DNA of 64,000 nucleotides from Auanema rhodensis (lineage: Eukaryota; Animalia; Nematoda), in the NCBI GenBank assembly GCA_964057225.1, contig OZ059900.1, positions 13,392,001 to 13,456,000 of the forward strand. The letters run 5' to 3'. The position numbers were made by a program, and so were the translations under genes. The notes under the pieces were generated by a model. The model saw only the letters and a program-made list of their open reading frames with translations, was not told the DNA's origin and made no database searches. How positions within the stretch are numbered: position 1 is the first letter of the stretch; each line of letters starts with the position of its first letter. This document shows, one piece after another, positions 26,301 through 41,004 of this stretch.

Positions 26301-28681
26301 GAGAACTTCTGAGTTGGAAATACATTTTGGAAAGCACACCATGAGTGTGCAATATTGAAAACTGTCTGTCTTAGTATGATTATATGACACTATAGATGCC
26401 AAAGCAAAACAAATTTGAATATGAACATGACGCGTCTTTTACATTATAGTTTGACCGGATAAAGCTTTGTATAGCTTTGTATAGCTTTGTACACTGATCA
26501 CATATACGGCGATAGGCTAGAACAGTTCATAAGTTTCCTGGATAGATTTGGTTTAATTACCCAAGTTAGAGGTAGTATCTCAATCTAACCAGAGAACTTC
26601 TGAGTTGGAAATACATTTTGGAAAGCACACCATGAGTGTGCAATATTGAAAACTGTCTGTCTTAGTATGATTATATGACACTATAGATGCCAAAGCAAAA
26701 CAATTTTGAATATGAACATGACGCGTCTTTTACATTATAGTTTGACCGGATAAAGCTTTGTATAGCTTTGTATAGCTTTGTACACTGATCACATATACGG
26801 CGATAGGCTAGAACAGTTCATAAGTTTCCTGGATAGATTTGGTTTAATTACCCAAGTTAGAGGTAGTATCTCAATCTAACCAGAGAACTTCTGAGTTGGA
26901 AATACATTTTGGAAAGCACACCATGAGTGTGCAATATTGAAAACTGTCTGTCTTAGTATGATTATATGACACTATAGATGCCAAAGCAAAACAATTTTGA
27001 ATATGAACATGACGCGTCTTTTACATTATAGTTTGACCGGATAAAGCTTTGTATAGCTTTGTATAGCTTTGTACACTGATCACATATACGGCGATAGGCT
27101 AGAACAGTTCATAAGTTTCCTGGATAGATTTGGTTTAATTACCCAAGTTAGAGGTAGTATCTCAATCTAACCAGAGAACTTCTGAGTTGGAAATACATTT
27201 TGGAAAGCACACCATGAGTGTGCAATATTGAAAACTGTCTGTCTTAGTATGATTATATGACACTATAGATGCCAAAGCAAAACAATTTTGAATATGAACA
27301 TGACGCGTCTTTTACATTATAGTTTGACCGGATAAAGCTTTGTATAGCTTTGTATAGCTTTGTACACTGATCACATATACGGCGATAGGCTAGAACAGTT
27401 CATAAGTTTCCTGGATAGATTTGGTTTAATTACCCAAGTTAGAGGTAGTATCTCAATCTAACCAGAGAACTTCTGAGTTGGAAATACATTTTGGAAAGCA
27501 CACCATGAGTGTGCAATATTGAAAACTGTCTGTCTTAGTATGATTATATGACACTATAGATGCCAAAGCAAAACAAATTTGAATATGAACATGACGCGTC
27601 TTTTACATTATAGTTTGACCGGATAAAGCTTTGTATAGCTTTGTACACTGATCACATATACGGCGATAGGCTAGAACAGTTCATAAGTTTCCTGGATAGA
27701 TTTGGTTTAATTACCCAAGTTAGAGGTAGTATCTCAATCTAACCAGAGAACTTCTGAGTTGGAAATACATTTTGGAAAGCACACCATGAGTGTGCAATAT
27801 TGAAAACTGTCTGTCTTAGTATGATTATATGACACTATAGATGCCAAAGCAAAACAAATTTGAATATGAACATGACGCGTCTTTTACATTATAGTTTGGC
27901 CGGATAAAGCTTTGTATAGCTTTGTATAGCTTTGTACACTGATCACATATACGGCGATAGGCTAGAACAGTTCATAAGTTTCCTGGATAGATTTGGTTTA
28001 ATTACCCAAGTTAGAGGTAGTATCTCAATCTAACCAGAGAACTTCTGAGTTGGAAATACATTTTGGAAAGCACACCATGAGTGTGCAATATTGAAAACTG
28101 TCTGTCTTAGTATGATTATATGACACTATAGATGCCAAAGCAAAACAAATTTGAATATGAACATGACGCGTCTTTTACATTATAGTTTGACCGGATAAAG
28201 CTTTGTATAGCTTTGTACACTGATCACATATACGGCGATAGGCTAGAACAGTTCATAAGTTTCCTGGATAGATTTGGTTTAATTACCCAAGTTAGAGGTA
28301 GTATCTCAATCTAACCAGAGAACTTCTGAGTTGGAAATACATTTTGGAAAACGCACCATGAGTGTGCAATATTGAAAACTGTCTGTCTTAGTATGATTAT
28401 ATGACACTATAGATGCCAAAGCAAAACAAATTTGAATATGAACATGACGCGTCTTTTACATTATAGTTTGACCGGATAAAGCTTTGTATAGCTTTGTACA
28501 CTGATCACATATACGGCGATAGGCTAGAACAGTTCATAAGTTTCCTGGATAGATTTGGTTTAATTACCCAAGTTAGAGGTAGTATCTCAATCTAACCAGA
28601 GAACTTCTGAGTTGGAAATACATTTTGGAAAGCACACCATGAGTGTGCAATATTGAAAACTGTCTGTCTTAGTATGATTAT

Positions 28682-31600
28682 ATGACACTATAGATGCCAA
28701 AGCAAAACAATTTTGAATATGAACATGACGCGTCTTTTACATTATAGTTTGACCGGATAAAGCTTTGTATAGCTTTGTATAGCTTTGTACAATGATCACA
28801 TATACGGCGATAGGCTAGAACAGTTCATAAGTTTCCTGAATAGATTTGGTTTAATTACCCAAGTTAGAGGTAGTATCTCAATCTAACCAGAGAACTTCTG
28901 AGTTGGAAATACATTTTGGAAAGCACACCATGAGTGTGCAATATTGAAAACTGTCTGTCTTAGTATGATTATATGACACTATAGATGCCAAAGCAAAACA
29001 AATTTGAATATGAACATGACGCGTCTTTTACATTATAGTTTGACCGGATAAAGCTTTGTATAGCTTTGTATAGCTTTGTACACTGATCACATATACGGCG
29101 ATAGGCTAGAACAGTTCATAAGTTTCCTGGATAGATTTGGTTTAATTACCCAAGTTAGAGGTAGTATCTCAATCTAACCAGAGAACTTCTGAGTTGGAAA
29201 TACATTTTGGAAAGCACACCATGAGTGTGCAATATTGAAAACTGTCTGTCTTAGTATGATTATATGACACTATAGATGCCAAAGCAAAACAAATTTGAAT
29301 ATGAACATGACGCGTCTTTTACATTATAGTTTGACCGGATAAAGCTTTGTATAGCTTTGTACACTGATCACATATACGGCGATAGGCTAGAACAGTTCAT
29401 AAGTTTCCTGGATAGATTTGGTTTAATTACCCAAGTTAGAGGTAGTATCTCAATCTAACCAGAGAACTTCTGAGTTGGAAATACATTTTGGAAAGCACAC
29501 CATGAGTGTGCAATATTGAAAACTGTCTGTCTTAGTATGATTATATGACACTATAGATGCCAAAGCAAAACAAATTTGAATATGAACATGACGCGTCTTT
29601 TACATTATAGTTTGACCGGATAAAGCTTTGTATAGCTTTGTATAGCTTTGTACACTGATCACATATACGGCGATAGGCTAGAACAGTTCATAAGTTTCCT
29701 GGATAGATTTGGTTTAATTACCCAAGTTAGAGGTAGTATCTCAATCTAACCAGAGAACTTCTGAGTTGGAAATACATTTTGGAAAGCACACCATGAGTGT
29801 GCAATATTGAAAACTGTCTGTCTTAGTATGATTATATGACACTATAGATGCCAAAGCAAAACAAATTTGAATATGAACATGACGCGTCTTTTACATTATA
29901 GTTTGACCGGATAAAGCTTTGTATAGCTTTGTACACTGATCACATATACGGCGATAGGCTAGAACAGTTCATAAGTTTCCTGGATAGATTTGGTTTAATT
30001 ACCCAAGTTAGAGGTAGTATCTCAATCTAACCAGAGAACTTCTGAGTTGGAAATACATTTTGGAAAGCACACCATGAGTGTGCAATATTGAAAACTGTCT
30101 GTCTTAGTATGATTATATGACACTATAGATGCCAAAGCAAAACAATTTTGAATATGAACATGACGCGTCTTTTACATTATAGTTTGACCGGATAAAGCTT
30201 TGTATAGCTTTGTATAGCTTTGTACAATGATCACATATACGGCGATAGGCTAGAACAGTTCATAAGTTTCCTGAATAGATTTGGTTTAATTACCCAAGTT
30301 AGAGGTAGTATCTCAATCTAACCAGAGAACTTCTGAGTTGGAAATACATTTTGGAAAGCACACCATGAGTGTGCAATATTGAAAACTGTCTGTCTTAGTA
30401 TGATTATATGACACTATAGATGCCAAAGCAAAACAAATTTGAATATGAACATGACGCGTCTTTTACATTATAGTTTGACCGGATAAAGCTTTGTATAGCT
30501 TTGTATAGCTTTGTACACTGATCACATATACGGCGATAGGCTAGAACAGTTCATAAGTTTCCTGGATAGATTTGGTTTAATTACCCAAGTTAGAGGTAGT
30601 ATCTCAATCTAACCAGAGAACTTCTGAGTTGGAAATACATTTTGGAAAGCACACCATGAGTGTGCAATATTGAAAACTGTCTGTCTTAGTATGATTATAT
30701 GACACTATAGATGCCAAAGCAAAACAAATTTGAATATGAACATGACGCGTCTTTTACATTATAGTTTGACCGGATAAAGCTTTGTATAGCTTTGTACACT
30801 GATCACATATACGGCGATAGGCTAGAACAGTTCATAAGTTTCCTGGATAGATTTGGTTTAATTACCCAAGTTAGAGGTAGTATCTCAATCTAACCAGAGA
30901 ACTTCTGAGTTGGAAATACATTTTGGAAAGCACACCATGAGTGTGCAATATTGAAAACTGTCTGTCTTAGTATGATTATATGACACTATAGATGCCAAAG
31001 CAAAACAAATTTGAATATGAACATGACGCGTCTTTTACATTATAGTTTGACCGGATAAAGCTTTGTATAGCTTTGTATAGCTTTGTACACTGATCACATA
31101 TACGGCGATAGGCTAGAACAGTTCATAAGTTTCCTGGATAGATTTGGTTTAATTACCCAAGTTAGAGGTAGTATCTCAATCTAACCAGAGAACTTCTGAG
31201 TTGGAAATACATTTTGGAAAGCACACCATGAGTGTGCAATATTGAAAACTGTCTGTCTTAGTATGATTATATGACACTATAGATGCCAAAGCAAAACAAA
31301 TTTGAATATGAACATGACGCGTCTTTTACATTATAGTTTGACCGGATAAAGCTTTGTATAGCTTTGTACACTGATCACATATACGGCGATAGGCTAGAAC
31401 AGTTCATAAGTTTCCTGGATAGATTTGGTTTAATTACCCAAGTTAGAGGTAGTATCTCAATCTAACCAGAGAACTTCTGAGTTGGAAATACATTTTGGAA
31501 AGCACACCATGAGTGTGCAATATTGAAAACTGTCTGTCTTAGTATGATTATATGACACTATAGATGCCAAAGCAAAACAATTTTGAATATGAACATGACG

Positions 31601-31842
31601 CGTCTTTTACATTATAGTTTGACCGGATAAAGCTTTGTATAGCTTTGTATAGCTTTGTACAATGATCACATATACGGCGATAGGCTAGAACAGTTCATAA
31701 GTTTCCTGAATAGATTTGGTTTAATTACCCAAGTTAGAGGTAGTATCTCAATCTAACCAGAGAACTTCTGAGTTGGAAATACATTTTGGAAAGCACACCA
31801 TGAGTGTGCAATATTGAAAACTGTCTGTCTTAGTATGATTAT
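28682..31842 (+). repeat. 5-monomer higher-order repeat (1435 bp), two full copies plus the start of a third
   Basis: The ACAATTTT/TACAATGA/CTGAATA long monomer starts at 28682, 30117 and 31552. 1435 = 2x281 + 3x291. Confidence 0.8.
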
Positions 31843-34800
31843 ATGACACTATAGATGCCAGAGCAAAACAATTTTGAATATGAACATGACGCGTCTTTTA
31901 CATTATAGTTTGACCGGATAAAGCTTTGTATAGCTTTGTATAGCTTTGTACAATGATCACATATACGGCGATAGGCTAGAACAGTTCATAAGTTTCCTGA
32001 ATAGATTTGGTTTAATTACCCAAGTTAGAGGTAGTATCTCAATCTAACCAGAGAACTTCTGAGTTGGAAATACATTTTGGAAAGCACACCACGAGTGTGC
32101 AATATTGAAAACTGTCTGTCTTAGTATGATTATATGACACTATAGATGCCAAAGCAAAACAATTTTGAATATGAACATGACGCGTCTTTTACATTATAGT
32201 TTGACCGGATAAAGCTTTGTATAGCTTTGTACACTGATCACATATACGGCGATAGGCTAGAACAGTTCATAAGTTTCCTGAATAGATTTGGTTTAATTAC
32301 CCAAGTTAGAGGTAGTATCTCAATCTAACCAGAGAACTTCTGAGTTGGAAATACATTTTGGAAAGCACACCATGAGTGTGCAATATTGAAAACTGTCTGT
32401 CTTAGTATGATTATATGACACTATAGATGCCAAAGCAAAACAATTTTGAATATGAACATGACGCGTCTTTTACATTATAGTTTGACCGGATAAAGCTTTG
32501 TATAGCTTTGTATAGCTTTGTACAATGATCACATATACGGCGATAGGCTAGAACAGTTCATAAGTTTCCTGAATAGATTTGGTTTAATTACCCAAGTTAG
32601 AGGTAGTATCTCAATCTAACCAGAGAACTTCTGAGTTGGAAATACATTTTGGAAAGCACACCATGAGTGTGCAATATTGAAAACTGTCTGTCTTAGTATG
32701 ATTATATGACACTATAGATGCCAAAGCAAAACAATTTTGAATATGAACATGACGCGTCTTTTACATTATAGTTTGACCGGATAAAGCTTTGTATAGCTTT
32801 GTACACTGATCACATATACGGCGATAGGCTAGAACAGTTCATAAGTTTCCTGAATAGATTTGGTTCAATTACCCAAGTTAAAGGTAGTATCTCAATCTAA
32901 CCAGAGAACTTCTGAGTTGGAAATACATTTTGGAAAGCACACCATGAGTGTGCAATATTGAAAACTGTCTGTCTTAGTATGATTATATGACACTATAGAT
33001 GCCAAAGCAAAACAATTTTGAATATGAACATGACGCGTCTTTTACATTATAGTTTGACCGGATAAAGCTTTGTATAGCTTTGTACACTGATCACATATAC
33101 GGCGATAGGCTAGAACAGTTCATAAGTTTCCTGGATAGATTTGGTTTAATTACCCAAGTTAGAGGTAGTATCTCAATCTAACCAGAGAACTTCTGAGTTG
33201 GAAATACATTTTGGAAAGCACACCATGAGTGTGCAATATTGAAAACTGTCTGTCTTAGTATGATTATATGACACTATAGATGCCAAAGCAAAACAATTTT
33301 GAATATGAACATGACGCGTCTTTTACATTATAGTTTGACCGGATAAAGCTTTGTATAGCTTTGTACACTGATCACATATACGGCGATAGGCTAGAACAGT
33401 TCATAAGTTTCCTGGATAGATTTGGTTTAATTACCCAAGTTAGAGGTAGTATCTCAATCTAACCAGAGAACTTCTGAGTTGGAAATACATTTTGGAAAGC
33501 ACACCATGAGTGTGCAATATTGAAAACTGTCTGTCTTAGTATGATTATATGACACTATAGATGCCAAAGCAAAACAAATTTGAATATGAACATGACGCGT
33601 CTTTTACATTATAGTTTGACCGGATAAAGCTTTGTATAGCTTTGTATAGCTTTGTACAATGATCACATATACGGCGATAGGCTAGAACAGTTCATAAGTT
33701 TCCTGAATAGATTTGGTTTAATTACCCAAGTTAGAGGTAGTATCTCAATCTAACCAGAGAACTTCTGAGTTGGAAATACATTTTGGAAAGCACACCATGA
33801 GTGTGCAATATTGAAAACTGTCTGTCTTAGTATGATTATATGACACTATAGATGCCAAAGCAAAACAATTTTGAATATGAACATGACGCGTCTTTTACAT
33901 TATAGTTTGACCGGATAAAGCTTTGTATAGCTTTGTACACTGATCACATATACGGCGATAGGCTAGAACAGTTCATAAGTTTCCTGAATAGATTTGGTTT
34001 AATTACCCAAGTTAGAGGTAGTATCTCAATCTAACCAGAGAACTTCTGAGTTGGAAATACATTTTGGAAAGCACACCATGAGTGTGCAATATTGAAAACT
34101 GTCTGTCTTAGTATGATTATATGACACTATAGATGCCAAAGCAAAACAATTTTGAATATGAACATGACGCGTCTTTTACATTATAGTTTGACCGGATAAA
34201 GCTTTGTATAGCTTTGTATAGCTTTGTACAATGATCACATATACGGCGATAGGCTAGAACAGTTCATAAGTTTCCTGAATAGATTTGGTTTAATTACCCA
34301 AGTTAGAGGTAGTATCTCAATCTAACCAGAGAACTTCTGAGTTGGAAATACATTTTGGAAAGCACACCATGAGTGTGCAATATTGAAAACTGTCTGTCTT
34401 AGTATGATTATATGACACTATAGATGCCAAAGCAAAACAATTTTGAATATGAACATGACGCGTCTTTTACATTATAGTTTGACCGGATAAAGCTTTGTAT
34501 AGCTTTGTACACTGATCACATATACGGCGATAGGCTAGAACAGTTCATAAGTTTCCTGAATAGATTTGGTTCAATTACCCAAGTTAAAGGTAGTATCTCA
34601 ATCTAACCAGAGAACTTCTGAGTTGGAAATACATTTTGGAAAGCACACCATGAGTGTGCAATATTGAAAACTGTCTGTCTTAGTATGATTATATGACACT
34701 ATAGATGCCAAAGCAAAACAATTTTGAATATGAACATGACGCGTCTTTTACATTATAGTTTGACCGGATAAAGCTTTGTATAGCTTTGTACACTGATCAC

Positions 34801-37800
34801 ATATACGGCGATAGGCTAGAACAGTTCATAAGTTTCCTGGATAGATTTGGTTTAATTACCCAAGTTAGAGGTAGTATCTCAATCTAACCAGAGAACTTCT
34901 GAGTTGGAAATACATTTTGGAAAGCACACCATGAGTGTGCAATATTGAAAACTGTCTGTCTTAGTATGATTATATGACACTATAGATGCCAAAGCAAAAC
35001 AATTTTGAATATGAACATGACGCGTCTTTTACATTATAGTTTGACCGGATAAAGCTTTGTATAGCTTTGTACACTGATCACATATACGGCGATAGGCTAG
35101 AACAGTTCATAAGTTTCCTGGATAGATTTGGTTTAATTACCCAAGTTAGAGGTAGTATCTCAATCTAACCAGAGAACTTCTGAGTTGGAAATACATTTTG
35201 GAAAGCACACCATGAGTGTGCAATATTGAAAACTGTCTGTCTTAGTATGATTATATGACACTATAGATGCCAAAGCAAAACAAATTTGAATATGAACATG
35301 ACGCGTCTTTTACATTATAGTTTGACCGGATAAAGCTTTGTATAGCTTTGTATAGCTTTGTACACTGATCACATATACGGCGATAGGCTAGAACAGTTCA
35401 TAAGTTTCCTGGATAGATTTGGTTTAATTACCCAAGTTAGAGGTAGTATCTCAATCTAACCAGAGAACTTCTGAGTTGGAAATACATTTTGGAAAGCACA
35501 CCATGAGTGTGCAATATTGAAAACTGTCTGTCTTAGTATGATTATATGACACTATAGATGCCAAAGCAAAACAAATTTGAAAATGAACATGACGCGTCTT
35601 TTACATTATAGTTTGACCGGATAAAGCTTTGTATAGCTTTGTACACTGATCACATATACGGCGATAGGCTAGAACAGTTCATAAGTTTCCTGGATAGATT
35701 TGGTTTAATTACCCAAGTTAGAGGTAGTATCTCAATCTAACCAGAGAACTTCTGAGTTGGAAATACATTTTGGAAAGCACACCATGAGTGTGCAATATTG
35801 AAAACTGTTTGTCTTAGTATGATTATATGACACTATAGATGCCAAAGCAAAACAAATTTGAATATGAACATGACGCGTCTTTTACATTATAGTTTGACCG
35901 GATAAAGCTTTGTATAGCTTTGTATAGCTTTGTACACTGATCACATATACGGCGAGAGGCTAGAACAGTTTATAAGTTTCCTGAATAGATTTGGTTTAAT
36001 TACCCAAGTTAGAGGTAGTATCTCAATCTAACCAGAGAACTTCTGAGTTGGAAATACATTTTGGAAAGCACACCATGAGTGTGCAATATTAAAAACTGTC
36101 TGTCTTAGTATGATTATATGACACTATAGATGCCAAAGCAAAACAAATTTGAATATGAACATGACGCGTCTTTTACATTATAGTTTGACCGGATAAAGCT
36201 TTGTATAGCTTTGTATAGCTTTGTACACTGATCACATATACGGCGAGAGGCTAGAACAGTTTATAAGTTTCCTGAATAGATTTGGTTTAATTACCCAAGT
36301 TAGAGGTAGTATCTCAATCTAACCAGAGAACTTCTGAGTTGGAAATACATTTTGGAAAGCACACCATGAGTGTGCAATATTAAAAACTGTCTGTCTTAGT
36401 ATGATTATATGACACTATAGATGCCAAAGCAAAACAAATTTGAATATGAACATGACGCGTCTTTTACATTATAGTTTGACCGGATAAAGCTTTGTATAGC
36501 TTTGTATAGCTTTGTACACTGATCACATATACGGCGAGAGGCTAGAACAGTTTATAAGTTTCCTGAATAGATTTGGTTTAATTACCCAAGTTAGAGGTAG
36601 TATCTTAATCTAACCAGAGAACTTCTGAGTTGGAAATACATTTTGGAAAGCACACCATGAGTGTGCAATATTAAAAACTGTCTGTCTTAGTATGATTATA
36701 TGACACTATAGATGCCAAAGCAAAACAAATTTGAATATGAACATGACGCGTCTTTTACATTATAGTTTGACCGGATAAAGCTTTGTATAGCTTTGTATAG
36801 CTTTGTACACTGATCACATATACGGCGAGAGGCTAGAACAGTTTATAAGTTTCCTGAATAGATTTGGTTTAATTACCCAAGTTAGAGGTAGTATCTCAAT
36901 CTAACCAGAGAACTTCTGAGTTGGAAATACATTTTGGAAAGCACACCATGAGTGTGCAATATTAAAAACTGTCTGTCTTAGTATGATTATATGACACTAT
37001 AGATGCCAAAGCAAAACAAATTTGAATATGAACATGACGCGTCTTTTACATTATAGTTTGACCGGATAAAGCTTTGTATAGCTTTGTATAGCTTTGTACA
37101 CTGATCACATATACGGCGAGAGGCTAGAACAGTTTATAAGTTTCCTGAATAGATTTGGTTTAATTACCCAAGTTAGAGGTAGTATCTCAATCTAACCAGA
37201 GAACTTCTGAGTTGGAAATACATTTTGGAAAGCACACCATGAGTGTGCAATATTAAAAACTGTCTGTCTTAGTATGATTATATGACACTATAGATGCCAA
37301 AGCAAAACAAATTTGAATATGAACATGATGCGTCTTTTACATTATAGTTTGACCGGATAAAGCTTTGTATAGCTTTGTATAGCTTTGTACACTGATCACA
37401 TATACGGCGAGAGGCTAGAACAGTTTATAAGTTTCCTGAATAGATTTGGTTTAATTACCCAAGTTAGAGGTAGTATCTCAATCTAACCAGAGAACTTCTG
37501 AGTTGGAAATACATTTTGGAAAGCACACCATGAGTGTGCAATATTAAAAACTGTCTGTCTTAGTATGATTATATGACACTATAGATGCCAAAGCAAAACA
37601 AATTCGAATATGAACATGACGCGTCTTTTACATTATAGTTTGACCGGATAAAGCTTTGTATAGCTTTGTACACTGAACACATATACGGCGATAGGCTAGA
37701 ACAGTTCATAAGCTTCCTGGATAGATTTGGTTTAATTACCCAAGTTAGAGGTAGTATCTCAATCTAACCAGAGAACTTCTGAGTTGGAAATTCATTTTGG

Positions 37801-38716
37801 AAAGCACACCATGAGTGTGCAATATTGAAAACTGTCTGTCTTAGTATGATTATATGACACTATAGATGCCAAAGCAAAACAAATTTGAATATGAACATGA
37901 CGCGTCTTTTACATTATACTTTGACCGGATAAAGCTTTGGATAGCTTTGTACACTGATCACATATACGGCGATAGGCTAGAACAGTTTATAAGTTTCCTG
38001 AATAGATTTGGTTTAATTACCCAAGTTAGAGGTAGTATCTTAATCTAACCAGAGAACTTCTGAGTTGGAAATACATTTTGGAAAGCACACCATGAGTGTG
38101 CAATATTGAGAACTGTCTGTCTTAGTATGATTATATGACACTATAGATGCCAAAGCAAAACAAATTTGAATATGAACATGACGCGTCTTTTACATTATAG
38201 TTTGACCGGATAAAGCTTTGTATAGCTTTGTATAGCTTTGTACACTGATCACATATACGGCGAGAGGCTAGAACAGTTTATAAGTTTCCTGAATAGATTT
38301 GGTTTAATTACCCAAGTTAGAGGTAGTATCTCAATCTAACCAGAGAACTTCTGAGTTGGAAATACATTTTGGAAAGCACACCATGAGTGTGCAATATTAA
38401 AAACTGTCTGTCTTAGTATGATTATATGACACTATAGATGCCAAAGCAAAACAAATTTGAATATGAACATGACGCGTCTTTTACATTATAGTTTGACCGG
38501 ATAAAGCTTTGTCTAGCTTTGTATAGCTTTGTACACTGATCACATATACGGCGAGAGGCTAGAACAGTTTATAAGTTTCCTGAATAGATTTGGTTTAATT
38601 ACCCAAGTTAGAGGTAGTATCTCAATCTAACCAGAGAACTTCTGAGTTGGAAATACATTTTGGAAAGCACACCATGAGTGTGCAATATTAAAAACTGTCT
38701 GTCTTAGTATGATTAT

Positions 38717-41004
38717 ATGACACTATAGATGCCAAAGCAAAACAAATTTGAATATGAACATGACGCGTCTTTTACATTATAGTTTGACCGGATAAAGCTT
38801 TGTATAGCTTTGTATAACTTTGTACACTGATCACATATACGGCGAGAGGCTAGAACAGTTTATAAGTTTCCTGAATAGATTTGGTTTAATTACCCAAGTT
38901 AGAGGTAGTATCTCAATCTAACCAGAGCACTTCTGAGTTGGAAATACATTTTGGAAAGCACACCATGAGTGTGCAATATTAAAAACTGTCTGTCTTAGTA
39001 TGATTATATGACACTATAGATGCCAAAGCAAAACAAATTTGAATATGAACATGACGCGTCTTTTACATTATAGTTTGACCGGATAAAGCTTTGTATAGCT
39101 TTGTACACTGATCACATATACGGCGATAGGCTAGAACAGTTCATAAGTTTCCTGGATAGATTTGGTTTAATTACCCAAGTTAGAGGTAGTATCTCAATCT
39201 AACCAGAGAACTTCTGAGTTGGAAATACATTTTGGAAAACGCACCATGAGTGTGCAATATTGAAAACTGTCTGTCTTAGTATGATTATATGACACTATAG
39301 ATGCCAAAGCAAAACAAATTTGAATATGAACATGACGCGTCTTTTACATTATAGTTTGACCGGATAAAGCTTTGTATAGCTTTGTACACTGATCACATAT
39401 ACGGCGAGAGGCTAGAACAGTTTATAAGTTTCCTGAATAGATTTGGTTTAATTACCCAAGTTAGAGGTAGTATCTCAATCTAACCAGAGAACTTCTGAGT
39501 TGGAAATACATTTTGGAAAGCACACCATGAGTGTGCAATATTAAAAACTGTCTGTCTTAGTATGATTATATGACACTATAGATGCCAAAGCAAAACAAAT
39601 TTGAATATGAACATGACGCGTCTTTTACATTATAGTTTGACCGGATAAAGCTTTGTATAGCTTTGTATAGCTTTGTACACTGATCACATATACGGCGAGA
39701 GGCTAGAACAGTTCATAAGTTTCCTGGATAGATTTGGTTTAATTACCCAAGTTAGAGGTAGTATCTCAATCTAACCAGAGAACTTCTGAGTTGGAAATAC
39801 ATTTTGGAAAGCACACCATGAGTGTGCAATATTAAAAACTGTCTGTCTTAGTATGATTATATGACACTATAGATGCCAAAGCAAAACAAATTTGAATATG
39901 AACATGACGCGTCTTTTACATTATAGTTTGACCGGATAAAGCTTTGTATAGCTTTGTATAGCTTTGTACACTGATCACATATACGGCGAGAGGCTAGAAC
40001 AGTTTATAAGTTTCCTGAATAGATTTGGTTTAATTACCCAAGTTAGAGGTAGTATCTCAATCTAACCAGAGCACTTCTGAGTTGGAAATACATTTTGGAA
40101 AGCACACCATGAGTGTGCAATATTAAAAACTGTCTGTCTTAGTATGATTATATGACACTATAGATGCCAAAGCAAAACAAATTTGAATATGAACATGACG
40201 CGTCTTTTACATTATAGTTTGACCGGATAAAGCTTTGTATAGCTTTGTACACTGATCACATATACGGCGATAGGCTAGAACAGTTCATAAGTTTCCTGGA
40301 TAGATTTGGTTTAATTACCCAAGTTAGAGGTAGTATCTCAATCTAACCAGAGAACTTCTGAGTTGGAAATACATTTTGGAAAACGCACCATGAGTGTGCA
40401 ATATTGAAAACTGTCTGTCTTAGTATGATTATATGACACTATAGATGCCAAAGCAAAACAAATTTGAATATGAACATGACGCGTCTTTTACATTATAGTT
40501 TGACCGGATAAAGCTTTGTATAGCTTTGTACACTGATCACATATACGGCGAGAGGCTAGAACAGTTTATAAGTTTCCTGAATAGATTTGGTTTAATTACC
40601 CAAGTTAGAGGTAGTATCTCAATCTAACCAGAGAACTTCTGAGTTGGAAATACATTTTGGAAAGCACACCATGAGTGTGCAATATTAAAAACTGTCTGTC
40701 TTAGTATGATTATATGACACTATAGATGCCAAAGCAAAACAAATTTGAATATGAACATGACGCGTCTTTTACATTATAGTTTGACCGGATAAAGCTTTGT
40801 ATAGCTTTGTATAGCTTTGTACACTGATCACATATACGGCGAGAGGCTAGAACAGTTCATAAGTTTCCTGGATAGATTTGGTTTAATTACCCAAGTTAGA
40901 GGTAGTATCTCAATCTAACCAGAGAACTTCTGAGTTGGAAATACATTTTGGAAAGCACACCATGAGTGTGCAATATTAAAAACTGTCTGTCTTAGTATGA
41001 TTAT
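38717..41004 (+). repeat. 4-monomer higher-order repeat (1144 bp), two copies
   Basis: Rare AGAGCAC variant at 38928 and 40072; GGAAAACGCACC near 39240 and 40384. Confidence 0.85.
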
